DNA of 64,000 nt, taken from contig CAYRYS010000003.1 in NCBI GenBank assembly GCA_964428555.1, positions 95 through 64,094 of the forward strand. The letters run 5' to 3'. Shown here piece by piece: positions 18,535 through 27,602 of this stretch (position 1 is its first letter; each line of letters begins with the position of its first letter). Under the pieces are notes generated by a model. It had not been told where the DNA came from. It did not search any database and saw nothing but the letters and a program-made list of their open reading frames with translations. Made by a program: the position numbers and the translations under genes. This DNA is from an uncultured Spirochaetales bacterium (GTDB taxonomy: Bacteria; Spirochaetota; Spirochaetia; CAYRYS01).

Positions 18535-20937
18535 TTGTTGTCTAACAAGTTATTAGATATTGAAATGCCTGGCAGATACGTAGGCGGCGAATATGGCTCA
18601 CGATGTCTGAATTTTACGCCAAGACTAAGAATTGCAATATGCTTTCCTGATCTATACGAAATAGGAATGTCTAATCAAACTATTAAGCTTTTGTATAACC
18701 TTCTGAATCAAATACCAGGCGTTTATTGTGAGCGTGTTTTTGCACCTGCAGATGATTTCAGGGCGCTTTTGAAAAATGAGAATAAAACACTTTTTACATT
18801 GGAGACTGGTACACCGATATTGGAAATGGATATTCTTGCTTTCACTGTTGGTTATGAGCTGAGTGCAACGAATATTCTCAATGTACTGGATGCAGGCGGT
18901 ATTTCTGTTCAGAAGCAAAATAGAACAAGCAAGGAACCGATAGTAGTTGCCGGCGGGACTGGACTGACGAACCCTAAGCCCTTTGCGGACATATTTGACG
19001 CTGTATTTATTGGAGAAGCTGAAAAAGAGTTTTCTGATCTCATTCAAAAATTAGCTGACTGTAAAGCCGATGGTTTTTCACGGAAGGAAATAATAGATCT
19101 AATAATATCTTCAAAACACATATGGCATTCCGGAAAAAAAGAGCCGACATCCAGAGCAATCTGGTCGGATTTTGGAAAAAAAAGTATACAATGGAAGTAC
19201 CTGCCGGTTCCTAATGTTTCTGTTGTTCAGGACCACGGAGTTATTGAGGTAATGCGGGGGTGTCCTAATGGCTGCCGATTTTGCCATGCCGGGTTTTTCT
19301 ATCGCCCGATGCGGTGTAAAGATTTTACCGGAATTATTGAAGAATCAGATTATTTAATAAACGAGGCAGGGTATAGAGAGATTACCCTTTCATCTTTGTC
19401 TACAGGAGATTATCAGAGTATTTATGAACTTATGCAGATACTTAACAGCCGGTACAAAGATAAGCATGTTTCCTTTTCTCTTCCTTCTCTAAGGTTAAAC
19501 TCATTTACAATCAGCCTGCTGGAAGAAGTGTCTAGTGTGCGAAAGAGCGGATTAACATTTGCTATAGAGACTGCAGATAAAAAATGGCAACACGCAATCA
19601 ATAAGGATATAAGTAAAGAAAAAATACTGGAGATAATAGAAGATGCAAAAAAACGGGGATGGAAGCTTGCTAAGTTCTATTTTATGATTGGTTTACCTGT
19701 TGCAGATGAAATGCAAGAAGCAGAAAGAATCGTTGAGTATCTTCTGGATATAAAAGCAAAAACAAAGATAAAGATTAATACAAATATCGGTACTTTTGTG
19801 CCAAAACCGCATACTCCATATCAATGGGACAAGCAGCTCACCCTTGAACAGTCAAAGAGTGCTTTGCAGTATATCAAAAATACGCTAAAAGGATCAGGTA
19901 TTAAAGTGAACTATCATGAGCCTTTTCAATCCTACCTTGAAGGTATTATTTCCCGGGGAGATGAGAAAGTCTCAGGGATAATAATTAAAGCTTTTGAAAA
20001 CGGGGCTTCTTTTGATGCCTGGGAGGATAAGCTGAACAAGCCTGTATGGCAAGATGTGTTAGCAGGCGAAAATGCCCAGGAGTATATAAATGAACGGGAT
20101 GTTGAACAAATGCTTCCATGGGATGATATTGATTTGGGCGGTACCAAAAAATACCTGATCAAGGAAAAGCAGAAAAGCAGGAAAGGGGAGTTAACTTCTG
20201 AATGCAGCCTATCGTGTTCGCATAATTGCGGTATCTGCAGAGGCGATAATACCTTGCAGTTAACGGAAGAAACAACAGAAGCAGAACATAAAATTACAAA
20301 GGAAGAGCAGGGAAATGTTCTATACCGTCTACTCATTGAATATGAGAAATCGGGCAAAGCAGTGTTCTATTCACACTTAAACACAATGAAAATATTTGAG
20401 CGTGCCTCGCAGCGGGCAGGGCTCCCTGTTTCTTATACAAAAGGGTTTAATCCGAAACCAAGGATCGAATTCGTACATCCATTGTCTCTTGGAGTAAAAG
20501 GAGTTAAAGAAATTGCTGGTATCATCGTATACCAGCAGAATGATGAAGATATAGTTATAGAATCTTTGAATGATGCTTTGCCCCAGGGGGTTATAGTAAG
20601 AAAGGTGAAGTGCGAAGAGTATCAAAGAGAAGACGGAAAGAAGCAAAAGTCTTTAATGGCACAGTATTATGGAGCTCGGTATCAAATACACTTAATTAAT
20701 GACACTACTAAGGAATTCCAGGAGAAGTGGGAAGTCCATGCAAGGAATGGTGAGACTATTGTAGCGCAAGAGGGTGAGGATACTGTGCAGGTCCTTTTGG
20801 AGAATGATAAAAACAATGGTAGGGGCCTTATTTCTCTGGTAAAAAAGATGTATGCCCACAATTGGTGGGCAGAAATGGATATAATCCGGAAAAGTGTATT
20901 AAAAAGCATACATGGTGAACCGAATTATTACATTTGA
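18535..20937 (+). CDS. Fused radical SAM protein: TIGR03960-like B12-binding-domain radical SAM core plus a TIGR03936/DUF2344-like C-terminal domain
   Basis: CPNGCRFCHAG (CxxxCxxC), an extra CSLSCSHNCGICRG cluster, a C-terminal KGFNPKPRIEF region. TTG start with AGGAG RBS 7 nt upstream. Confidence 0.65.
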   Translation: MLSNKLLDIEMPGRYVGGEYGSRCLNFTPRLRIAICFPDLYEIGMSNQTIKLLYNLLNQIPGVYCERVFAPADDFRALLKNENKTLFTLETGTPILEMDILAFTVGYELSATNILNVLDAGGISVQKQNRTSKEPIVVAGGTGLTNPKPFADIFDAVFIGEAEKEFSDLIQKLADCKADGFSRKEIIDLIISSKHIWHSGKKEPTSRAIWSDFGKKSIQWKYLPVPNVSVVQDHGVIEVMRGCPNGCRFCHAGFFYRPMRCKDFTGIIEESDYLINEAGYREITLSSLSTGDYQSIYELMQILNSRYKDKHVSFSLPSLRLNSFTISLLEEVSSVRKSGLTFAIETADKKWQHAINKDISKEKILEIIEDAKKRGWKLAKFYFMIGLPVADEMQEAERIVEYLLDIKAKTKIKINTNIGTFVPKPHTPYQWDKQLTLEQSKSALQYIKNTLKGSGIKVNYHEPFQSYLEGIISRGDEKVSGIIIKAFENGASFDAWEDKLNKPVWQDVLAGENAQEYINERDVEQMLPWDDIDLGGTKKYLIKEKQKSRKGELTSECSLSCSHNCGICRGDNTLQLTEETTEAEHKITKEEQGNVLYRLLIEYEKSGKAVFYSHLNTMKIFERASQRAGLPVSYTKGFNPKPRIEFVHPLSLGVKGVKEIAGIIVYQQNDEDIVIESLNDALPQGVIVRKVKCEEYQREDGKKQKSLMAQYYGARYQIHLINDTTKEFQEKWEVHARNGETIVAQEGEDTVQVLLENDKNNGRGLISLVKKMYAHNWWAEMDIIRKSVLKSIHGEPNYYI

Positions 20938-21797
20938 CCTTTGATTTTGTTCCAAATTACGTCCATTTTTGGCATGTTTTCTGTATTTAGTTCTGTATTA
21001 GTTTGCTGCATTTCAGTCTCCATTTTGCGAAAGCGGTTTTCAAACTTTTTGTTTGTCCTGTGGAGTGCGAGCTCGGGGTGTATTTTGTAATATCTTCCTA
21101 GATTAATTGCAGAAAAAATGATGTCTCCAAGCTCTTCTTCCTGTTTTTCTTTGTCCTCTGTTTCGAGCGCTTCTTTAAACTCGAGTATCTCTTCATTGAG
21201 CTTACCGAAGATGCCCTCACTGTATTTCCAGTCAAAACCGACTTTTGAAATAGCCTTTTGGATCTTGTAGCTGCGTTCTATTGGCGGTGCAGACTTTGGT
21301 ACAGAATCCAGGATTGAAGTAGGGCTGCTGTCTTGGTTTTTTTTCTGTTTTTCCTGGTTCTTTACATTGTCCCAAAGCTTGATTACCTCTTCAGGATTGT
21401 CTGCATTTGAGTTGCTGAAGACATGGGGGTGCCGCCGAACGAGCTTGTCAGTAAGATTATTCAGTACATCACAGATGGTAAATTGCTCTTTTTCTTCGTA
21501 AATTGAAGTAATCATAGCGGCGAGCAAAAAAAGGTCTCCAAGTTCTTCTTTGGTGTTCTCTGTATCTTTGTTTTTGATTGCATCAATGCATTCGTATGCT
21601 TCTTCAATAATGTTCGGAAGGAGGGATTCGGGTGTCTGTTTTCTGTCCCAGGGGCAGCCGTCAGGACTTCTGAGTTTTTGTATCACTCTGTAAAGTCTGG
21701 TAAAAGCGTCTTGAGTGGACTCTGGTTTGTTATTTTGGGTGTGCATTTTGGAAAACTCCATTAAAGTAGACAGAATATATATTATCAGAAGTAACAA
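20928..21797 (-). CDS. mazG: Nucleoside triphosphate pyrophosphohydrolase MazG (tandem MazG domains)
   Basis: DGCPWDRKQT and RHPHVF motifs, a second EExGD-type module. Convergent 10-nt overlap with the radical SAM gene. Confidence 0.85.
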   Translation of the reverse strand: MLLLIIYILSTLMEFSKMHTQNNKPESTQDAFTRLYRVIQKLRSPDGCPWDRKQTPESLLPNIIEEAYECIDAIKNKDTENTKEELGDLFLLAAMITSIYEEKEQFTICDVLNNLTDKLVRRHPHVFSNSNADNPEEVIKLWDNVKNQEKQKKNQDSSPTSILDSVPKSAPPIERSYKIQKAISKVGFDWKYSEGIFGKLNEEILEFKEALETEDKEKQEEELGDIIFSAINLGRYYKIHPELALHRTNKKFENRFRKMETEMQQTNTELNTENMPKMDVIWNKIKGQM

Positions 21798-21803
21798 AAG
21801 GGT

Positions 21804-22085
21804 TTATTTTTTATCACTTACCTTTGTCAGTATCCATAAAAGAAATAATGCTGTCAGGATTGGAGGAAATAAGTTAACCGAATTATTAAAGTTCGCAAGA
21901 TATTCAATTATATCCTGAAATAGATAATCAATGACTCCCCCAAGATATGCACCGATAACACCGACAATAAGAGCACCAAAGAAATTACCAAGCAGAGGCT
22001 TCTTTAGTACATATCGAAAGTATAATGCTGCTGCAAAACCAATTATAAAATAAATAAGTCCAATGTTAAAGTAATATGCTATCAT
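21804..22085 (-). CDS. Small membrane protein (GlsB/YeaQ/YmgE-like, two TM helices)
   Basis: 93 aa, two hydrophobic helices with GxxxG-like glycine spacing (GALIVGVIGAYLGG). Confidence 0.4.
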   Translation of the reverse strand: MIAYYFNIGLIYFIIGFAAALYFRYVLKKPLLGNFFGALIVGVIGAYLGGVIDYLFQDIIEYLANFNNSVNLFPPILTALFLLWILTKVSDKK

Positions 22086-22097
22086 GCTTGTCCCTTC

Positions 22098-22871
22098 CTA
22101 ATACGGTGAATACGGTAATTCTGTATATCCTATATATTTAGCTAAACTATAAATTTCAGTAGATAATTCAAATCTTCCGTATACTGCTACAAAGAATGAG
22201 ATACCAATAATAATATCATCGTAACTCTCTGGAAGAATGTTTTCTATGTCCTCGTCCTCATAGGAAAGATCCTCTGGTAGAAAACCCTCCTGAACGATTT
22301 CTTCTGTATCAGTAGTCTGGATATGACGGACCAATGATATAGAATTCGAAAGATAAGATGCAGTAAAAGCCCCTGTCTCAGGATCAAGATTGACGGTAAT
22401 ATTAAAAGAAGTGTTTCTTTCTGCAGGAAGTATCTGAATAGCCGGTCTTGTATCGTCTATCGGTTGGCCTGGAGCTGTTGCCCGCGCGAGTCTGCGGTAT
22501 TTGAATTGACTGGATGTAAGCTGTTCTACTGTTCGGTTTTCACTTCCAGTGGGAATGAGGCTTGGATCAGTATCCGGATTGTCTATTGTGGTGGGATCAT
22601 AAAAACGATAGTAGATCTCATATCCTAAAAAGTTTTCCGGTATATTATCAGGATTATTTTCAAACACGCACCGTTCATTTACACGCGAGAATTCATCGGA
22701 AACAGCTTGCACTTCTTCTAAATACGGGGTGTACTCAAGTCCGCAGGTTGTGAGAAATAATACTGAAATACAGATTGCAAAGAATAAGGGAAAACCTCCC
22801 CTATTCTTTGTTCTGTTGTGTGTCTTCGGATTTTTCCGGCTCAAGTGGTTCAATACTGTCAATAAGCTCAT
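22098..22871 (-). CDS. Hypothetical lipoprotein
   Basis: Lipobox FLTTC after a hydrophobic stretch. No recognisable catalytic motifs. Overlaps the 3' end of the cyclase gene by 71 nt. Confidence 0.5.
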   Translation of the reverse strand: MSLLTVLNHLSRKNPKTHNRTKNRGGFPLFFAICISVLFLTTCGLEYTPYLEEVQAVSDEFSRVNERCVFENNPDNIPENFLGYEIYYRFYDPTTIDNPDTDPSLIPTGSENRTVEQLTSSQFKYRRLARATAPGQPIDDTRPAIQILPAERNTSFNITVNLDPETGAFTASYLSNSISLVRHIQTTDTEEIVQEGFLPEDLSYEDEDIENILPESYDDIIIGISFFVAVYGRFELSTEIYSLAKYIGYTELPYSPY

Positions 22872-25221
22872 AAATTAATACCGGTTTATTCTTTCCTTTT
22901 ACTCGGATGTTGTCAAGCTCTCTGACAATGAATTTGTCCTTAACAAGCCCATAAGTGTACTCGCTAATAATGATATTTGTTTTGTACTGTTTGTTGGTTC
23001 CTTCAAGGCGAGCCCCAAGGTTTACATTGTCTCCCATGAGTGTGTAGTTCATTCTTCCAAGAGATCCCATGTTTCCAACTGTCATAATTCCGGAATTAAG
23101 ACCAATACCAATATCAATACGCTTTTCAGGCGGCCAGGATTCATTCAGTTCATTGAGCACTTTCATCTGTTTTAAAGCACATTTACATGCAAATAACGCA
23201 TGGTCTTCCTGTGGAAGCGGTGCTCCCCAGAAACACATTATCTCGTCTCCAACATACTTATCAAGAGTACCGCGAAATTCTAGTATAAGGTCTGTCATTG
23301 CAGTTAAGTAAAGGTTTAGATGATTTACTAACTCCTGCGGTGTCAAGCTTTCAGAGAGCGTGGTAAATCCGCGAATATCTGAGAAAAGTACTGTAAGCTC
23401 CTTATCCACTCCCCCAAGTTCCGGAGGATTTTCGAGTATCTGATCAACAACCTGAGGGCTTACATATTTGCCGAACATATCACGAATTCTCCGTTTATCC
23501 CGCTCTTCAGTCATTACCCTAAATACTACAACAGAAAGAAAAGTGAAAAATACTGCCATTGCGGGCGTAGTAAAGTTCAGGATGTATGCTTGGAAATCAA
23601 ACACCAAAGTAATGGTAATAAAAAGCACCAAAATAAGCACGACTGAAAGAATCAATGATATAAGCGTAGAACTCCTGGAAGTCATAAATGCAATGAGCAT
23701 GACAAATCCGAAAAGAATAAGAAAATCGACCCACCAGGGAGCGTAATCAAGAAAACGATCCATAACAATGGTATTGAGCGCATTTGCGTGGATCTCAATA
23801 CCATACATTAAGCCATAGGGTGTCGGTTTTTCATCTTCGGCAATACCTTTGGCAAAGGGACCTACCATTACCAGTGTGTTTCCAAGGAGTTTTGTCCGCG
23901 GCCACTGGCTTGGAGCTGGAGACGGTACACGGGAAGCGTATCCTGAAAATGAACGGACCGGAAAGGTCTGGTATCCGTCAGAAGAAGATGGCATTCCCAT
24001 AAAATTTACAATCATCTGGCCAGATTCGTTAATCGGGATGTTTATTTCTTCCAGCACCCTTGTTTGTGCTGGGGTTATTACATTCCCTTCACTGTCCATT
24101 TCCGCAGGTACCTCTGTTATTTCATAGGGTACCCATTGTTGGGTTTCAATATCAAAATGCTCAGGGCTTGGAATTGTAATTGACTCTCCAAGCACTACAG
24201 TTACATCATCAAGGCTTTTATTAAAGTATTCCAAAGCAAGTGATAAGGTAATAGCAGGTACCAGACGGTCTCTGTATCTCCGTATTACATAATAATAATC
24301 ATCAGGTACTCCGTCTCCATCAGTATCCTCAGTTTTTAATGGTGCGAATTCCTGCATATCCCGTCTTACCTGGGCTAAAACTTCCGGAGTCAGAGGATGC
24401 GGTATGTGGCGCTCAAAACCATCTGAATCAATCCATGCTAGGCGCTCAAAATCTCCATAGTTTACTGCAGTGTTAACAGTTAACTCCTCAAGGCGAAATC
24501 GTTCGACAAGTTCTGAAGATTTTGCAATAAGCGGCTGTCTTCTGTAAACTTTATCTGCATCTTCCACGTAGTTTGCATGGCCGTATCCGTTTGTCGCTTC
24601 AGCATATGGAACTAGGGGCGGCTGAAGCCCGTGAAAGGCACGCATGTTTTCCCAATCGCCGTATACATTTTCTATGTATCCATACTGTTCATAAAGGGTG
24701 TGTTGACGCCGGAACATCTCTTCTTCTGTACCCGGAGGCGGAGGATTATTGCTGAGAACGGTTTCGAGAAAGACTCTGCCGCTATTTTCAATACTTTCAA
24801 CAAGGAGGGCATCGTTGTATGCATTGTCAGCAGGTTCAATGTAGAAAATATCCAGGAAAACTGCCCGTTCCCGCTCTTCCTGGTTCTGGATCCGTGCAAG
24901 CGAGTCTAGAAGGTTTGCCCATCTATACCGAGGGAATGGCCATCTGCCAAACCTGCTTAAACTGTTAAAGTCTATCCCAACGATGAGAATGTCTTCAGAT
25001 ATGTTGGGGTTTCTTTCCTGTATTGTTACACCTTCCTGAAGGCTTCTTGAACGGAAGAGCATTTTCAAATTAAAATGTAAATCCAGGACTTTGAGTTCCA
25101 AATTGGCTGGTATGGTTGTGTAATGCGTAAATAGCGTAAAAAGGACTACAATAAAAAGTCCAATAATTAGTCCAAAATACTTTGTTTCAAATATCTTAGC
25201 TCGTTTTTTTGTTTTTGCCAT
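22801..25221 (-). CDS. CHASE2 sensor domain-containing class III adenylate/guanylate cyclase
   Basis: N-terminal TM, a large extracytoplasmic domain, a triple TM block, then a cyclase domain with FSDIRGFTTLSE, GDEIMCFWGAP, YTLMGDNVNLGARLE. Confidence 0.85.
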   Translation of the reverse strand: MAKTKKRAKIFETKYFGLIIGLFIVVLFTLFTHYTTIPANLELKVLDLHFNLKMLFRSRSLQEGVTIQERNPNISEDILIVGIDFNSLSRFGRWPFPRYRWANLLDSLARIQNQEERERAVFLDIFYIEPADNAYNDALLVESIENSGRVFLETVLSNNPPPPGTEEEMFRRQHTLYEQYGYIENVYGDWENMRAFHGLQPPLVPYAEATNGYGHANYVEDADKVYRRQPLIAKSSELVERFRLEELTVNTAVNYGDFERLAWIDSDGFERHIPHPLTPEVLAQVRRDMQEFAPLKTEDTDGDGVPDDYYYVIRRYRDRLVPAITLSLALEYFNKSLDDVTVVLGESITIPSPEHFDIETQQWVPYEITEVPAEMDSEGNVITPAQTRVLEEINIPINESGQMIVNFMGMPSSSDGYQTFPVRSFSGYASRVPSPAPSQWPRTKLLGNTLVMVGPFAKGIAEDEKPTPYGLMYGIEIHANALNTIVMDRFLDYAPWWVDFLILFGFVMLIAFMTSRSSTLISLILSVVLILVLFITITLVFDFQAYILNFTTPAMAVFFTFLSVVVFRVMTEERDKRRIRDMFGKYVSPQVVDQILENPPELGGVDKELTVLFSDIRGFTTLSESLTPQELVNHLNLYLTAMTDLILEFRGTLDKYVGDEIMCFWGAPLPQEDHALFACKCALKQMKVLNELNESWPPEKRIDIGIGLNSGIMTVGNMGSLGRMNYTLMGDNVNLGARLEGTNKQYKTNIIISEYTYGLVKDKFIVRELDNIRVKGKNKPVLIYELIDSIEPLEPEKSEDTQQNKE

Positions 25222-25265
25222 GCTTTAACCCCCCAGGAAAGCAGTGGAAGCAGGGGGAAAGCCCC

Positions 25266-25970
25266 CTACTCCTGGTCAATATAACCGGACACGGTTAAAT
25301 AAATTATACGGTTTTCGGCAATATTTGTCCAATGACTTTCCGGATATCCGTCAATTAGTCTTGTGTATGCTATCTCAGCCTCTTCCCACTCTTCCTGTGA
25401 TTCATGCAGTCTTCCGACATTCATGAGTGCACGGGTGTTCTGAGCAACTGCTTGAGGAAAATCTGCGAGAAGACTTTCAAAAGCTGCAATTGCATTATCA
25501 GCTTCTTCGAGATTCTCATATGCTGCTGCAATATTAAACTGAGCAATCGGTGCTAAATATGTTTCCGGATATCTGTCAATAAGCTGTGTAAACCCTGTGA
25601 TCGCTTCTTCATAGTTTTCCTGGTTAAAATCCAGATTTGCTTGGATAAACATAGCCTTCTGAGCAGCAAAAGTATTAGGATATGTTTCTAAGATACTTTC
25701 TGTGCTTTCAAAAATCTCCTCTGCAATGGCTGTCTTTTCATCTTCGTCCGTTGTATCGATCCATGTGATAAACTGCTCATTCACAGCTTCAATATGTTCA
25801 GCTGCTTCCTGACTTCTTGACTTCTGCAATTCAGAATAAACGCCGAAAACAATGAAGAATACAACCATAAACACAAAGAGTCCGATAAGTAAAAATCTGT
25901 GTTTATAAATACCTGATGACAATGCTTGGATTAGTTTTTCTTTCGGTGACTGTTCGTGAGTATTCACCAT
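25266..25970 (-). CDS. TPR-repeat membrane-anchored protein (YfgM-like architecture)
   Basis: N-terminal TM FLLIGLFVFMVVFFIVFGVY followed by TPR repeats. AAGGAG RBS. Confidence 0.55.
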   Translation of the reverse strand: MVNTHEQSPKEKLIQALSSGIYKHRFLLIGLFVFMVVFFIVFGVYSELQKSRSQEAAEHIEAVNEQFITWIDTTDEDEKTAIAEEIFESTESILETYPNTFAAQKAMFIQANLDFNQENYEEAITGFTQLIDRYPETYLAPIAQFNIAAAYENLEEADNAIAAFESLLADFPQAVAQNTRALMNVGRLHESQEEWEEAEIAYTRLIDGYPESHWTNIAENRIIYLTVSGYIDQE

Positions 25971-25985
25971 CTTCAGTAATCTCCT

Positions 25986-27494
25986 TTATTTGGTTATTTC
26001 GAGTTCTCGTATCAGTCTGGACAGATATGTCCTCTGGATACCGAGGTCTTTTGCAGTCTCGGTTTGGTTCCATCCATGCTGATGTAGACTTTTTCGTATG
26101 AAATTCCGTTTGAATATATTAACCGCTTCTTTTAGCCCTGCGCCTTCGTATGCTGTGTCACCGCTGCTGCTTGATGATGAGAGCACTAAATCCGATGAAT
26201 GGATCAAACTGTCAGAAGCAATGACAACAGCCCGTTCTATCGCGTTTTCAAGCTCTCTAGCGTTTCCAGGCCAGGAGTAGGAAATAAGTGTTTCCATAGC
26301 CTCGTCAGTGAAGCCCTGGATTTGTTTTTTAGACTCCCGCGAATATGATTTCAGAAAGTAATCAGCAAGCGCCGGTATGTCGTCAGGACGCTCTCTAAGT
26401 GCCGGGATGTGAAGAGGAAGGACATTGAGCCTGTAATATAGGTCGCTTCTGAATTGCCCGTCCTCCACAGCCTTTTCTAAGTCTTTATTTGTTGCTGCAA
26501 TTATTCTAACATCCACTACCGTAGATTCACTGGCACCTACTCTTTCAAAGGTCTTGTTCTGTATTGCGCGCAAGAGTTTTGCTTGAAGAGAAAGTGGTAT
26601 TTCTGCGATCTCATCTAAGAATAGCGTTCCGCCGTCTGCAAGCTCAAAGCGTCCGCGCCTGTCGGATGAGGCGTCAGTAAAGGCACCTTTTACGTGTCCA
26701 AAAAGCTCGCTTTCGAGTAAGGCGTCAGGCAGTGCTGCACAGTTTACGCGGATAAACGGCTGGCCTGCACGTCTGCTTTTTAGATGGATCTGCTCAGCAA
26801 AGAGTTCTTTTCCGACTCCACTTTCGCCGAGTATCAGAACAGATGTATCTGTTTTTGCTACTTTTTCAACGATTTGAAGTTTTTCATTAATCACATTGCT
26901 TTGTGAGATAAACGGGTGAAAACCCTTTTGCTTTTGTACCTGATCCTGAAGCTGATATACTTCCTCTCTCATCTTCTGGTAAGTTTGTGCGTTTTCAATT
27001 GCAATGGCAGCTTGTGTAGCAAAAATCTCAGACCATTGGAGGTCTTCCTGATTGAATGTCTTGCCGGTTTTTTTGTTTATTAGCTCAATAACCCCGATAC
27101 AGCGGTCTTTCATGCGCATCGGTACCGCGAGGATTGAATTTGTAGGAAACCCTATTGTTTTGCTGATATCAGAAAAGAAGCGGGGTTCGGATTCTACATC
27201 GTTCACTAATAGGGAGGTATTATTCTGTGCAACCCACCCTGCAATGCCTTCTCCCGGATTGAGGGAAAAGTGTTTAACATCTGATCCCTTGGATCCAAGT
27301 GCAATTTCAAAATAGAGCTTATTATTTTCAGGGTTTAATAGAAGAAGTGACGATGCCTCCCCTTCTGTCAGCCGCATCGCAGACTCAAGTATCCGTGTTA
27401 GCAGCACTTTTACGTCTGTATACTGAGAGTTAATCAGAGCATTAATCTCTATAAGAGTCTCAAATTTATTTCTGTCAATGTCAGATTGAAACAT
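25986..27494 (-). CDS. Sigma-54-dependent transcriptional activator with N-terminal GAF domain and C-terminal Fis-type HTH
   Basis: GAF region, then AAA+ GESGVGKE, ESELFGH (GAFTGA-type), an arginine finger region, and a C-terminal HTH ETAKDLGIQRTYLSRLIRE. Confidence 0.9.
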   Translation of the reverse strand: MFQSDIDRNKFETLIEINALINSQYTDVKVLLTRILESAMRLTEGEASSLLLLNPENNKLYFEIALGSKGSDVKHFSLNPGEGIAGWVAQNNTSLLVNDVESEPRFFSDISKTIGFPTNSILAVPMRMKDRCIGVIELINKKTGKTFNQEDLQWSEIFATQAAIAIENAQTYQKMREEVYQLQDQVQKQKGFHPFISQSNVINEKLQIVEKVAKTDTSVLILGESGVGKELFAEQIHLKSRRAGQPFIRVNCAALPDALLESELFGHVKGAFTDASSDRRGRFELADGGTLFLDEIAEIPLSLQAKLLRAIQNKTFERVGASESTVVDVRIIAATNKDLEKAVEDGQFRSDLYYRLNVLPLHIPALRERPDDIPALADYFLKSYSRESKKQIQGFTDEAMETLISYSWPGNARELENAIERAVVIASDSLIHSSDLVLSSSSSSGDTAYEGAGLKEAVNIFKRNFIRKSLHQHGWNQTETAKDLGIQRTYLSRLIRELEITK

Positions 27495-27544
27495 AGCAGT
27501 AAAGACATATGCCCTTCATTAAATATAGATGCTTTACATCGAAA

Positions 27545-27579
27545 GCAGAAAAATACCCTTTACAATACTTGTAAAGGGG
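27545..27579 (-). terminator. Rho-independent terminator downstream of rpsA
   Basis: Perfect 9-bp stem CCCTTTACA/TGTAAAGGG with a 5-nt loop. Followed on the minus strand by UAUUUUUCU. Confidence 0.6.
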
Positions 27580-27602
27580 CGAATATCCGAAAAACAATAC
27601 TA

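Noticed and set aside
22780-22800. GGGAGG immediately after the cyclase stop as an RBS for an alternative lipoprotein start
   Set aside because: No ATG, GTG or TTG lies in the lipoprotein frame within a usable distance downstream of it.
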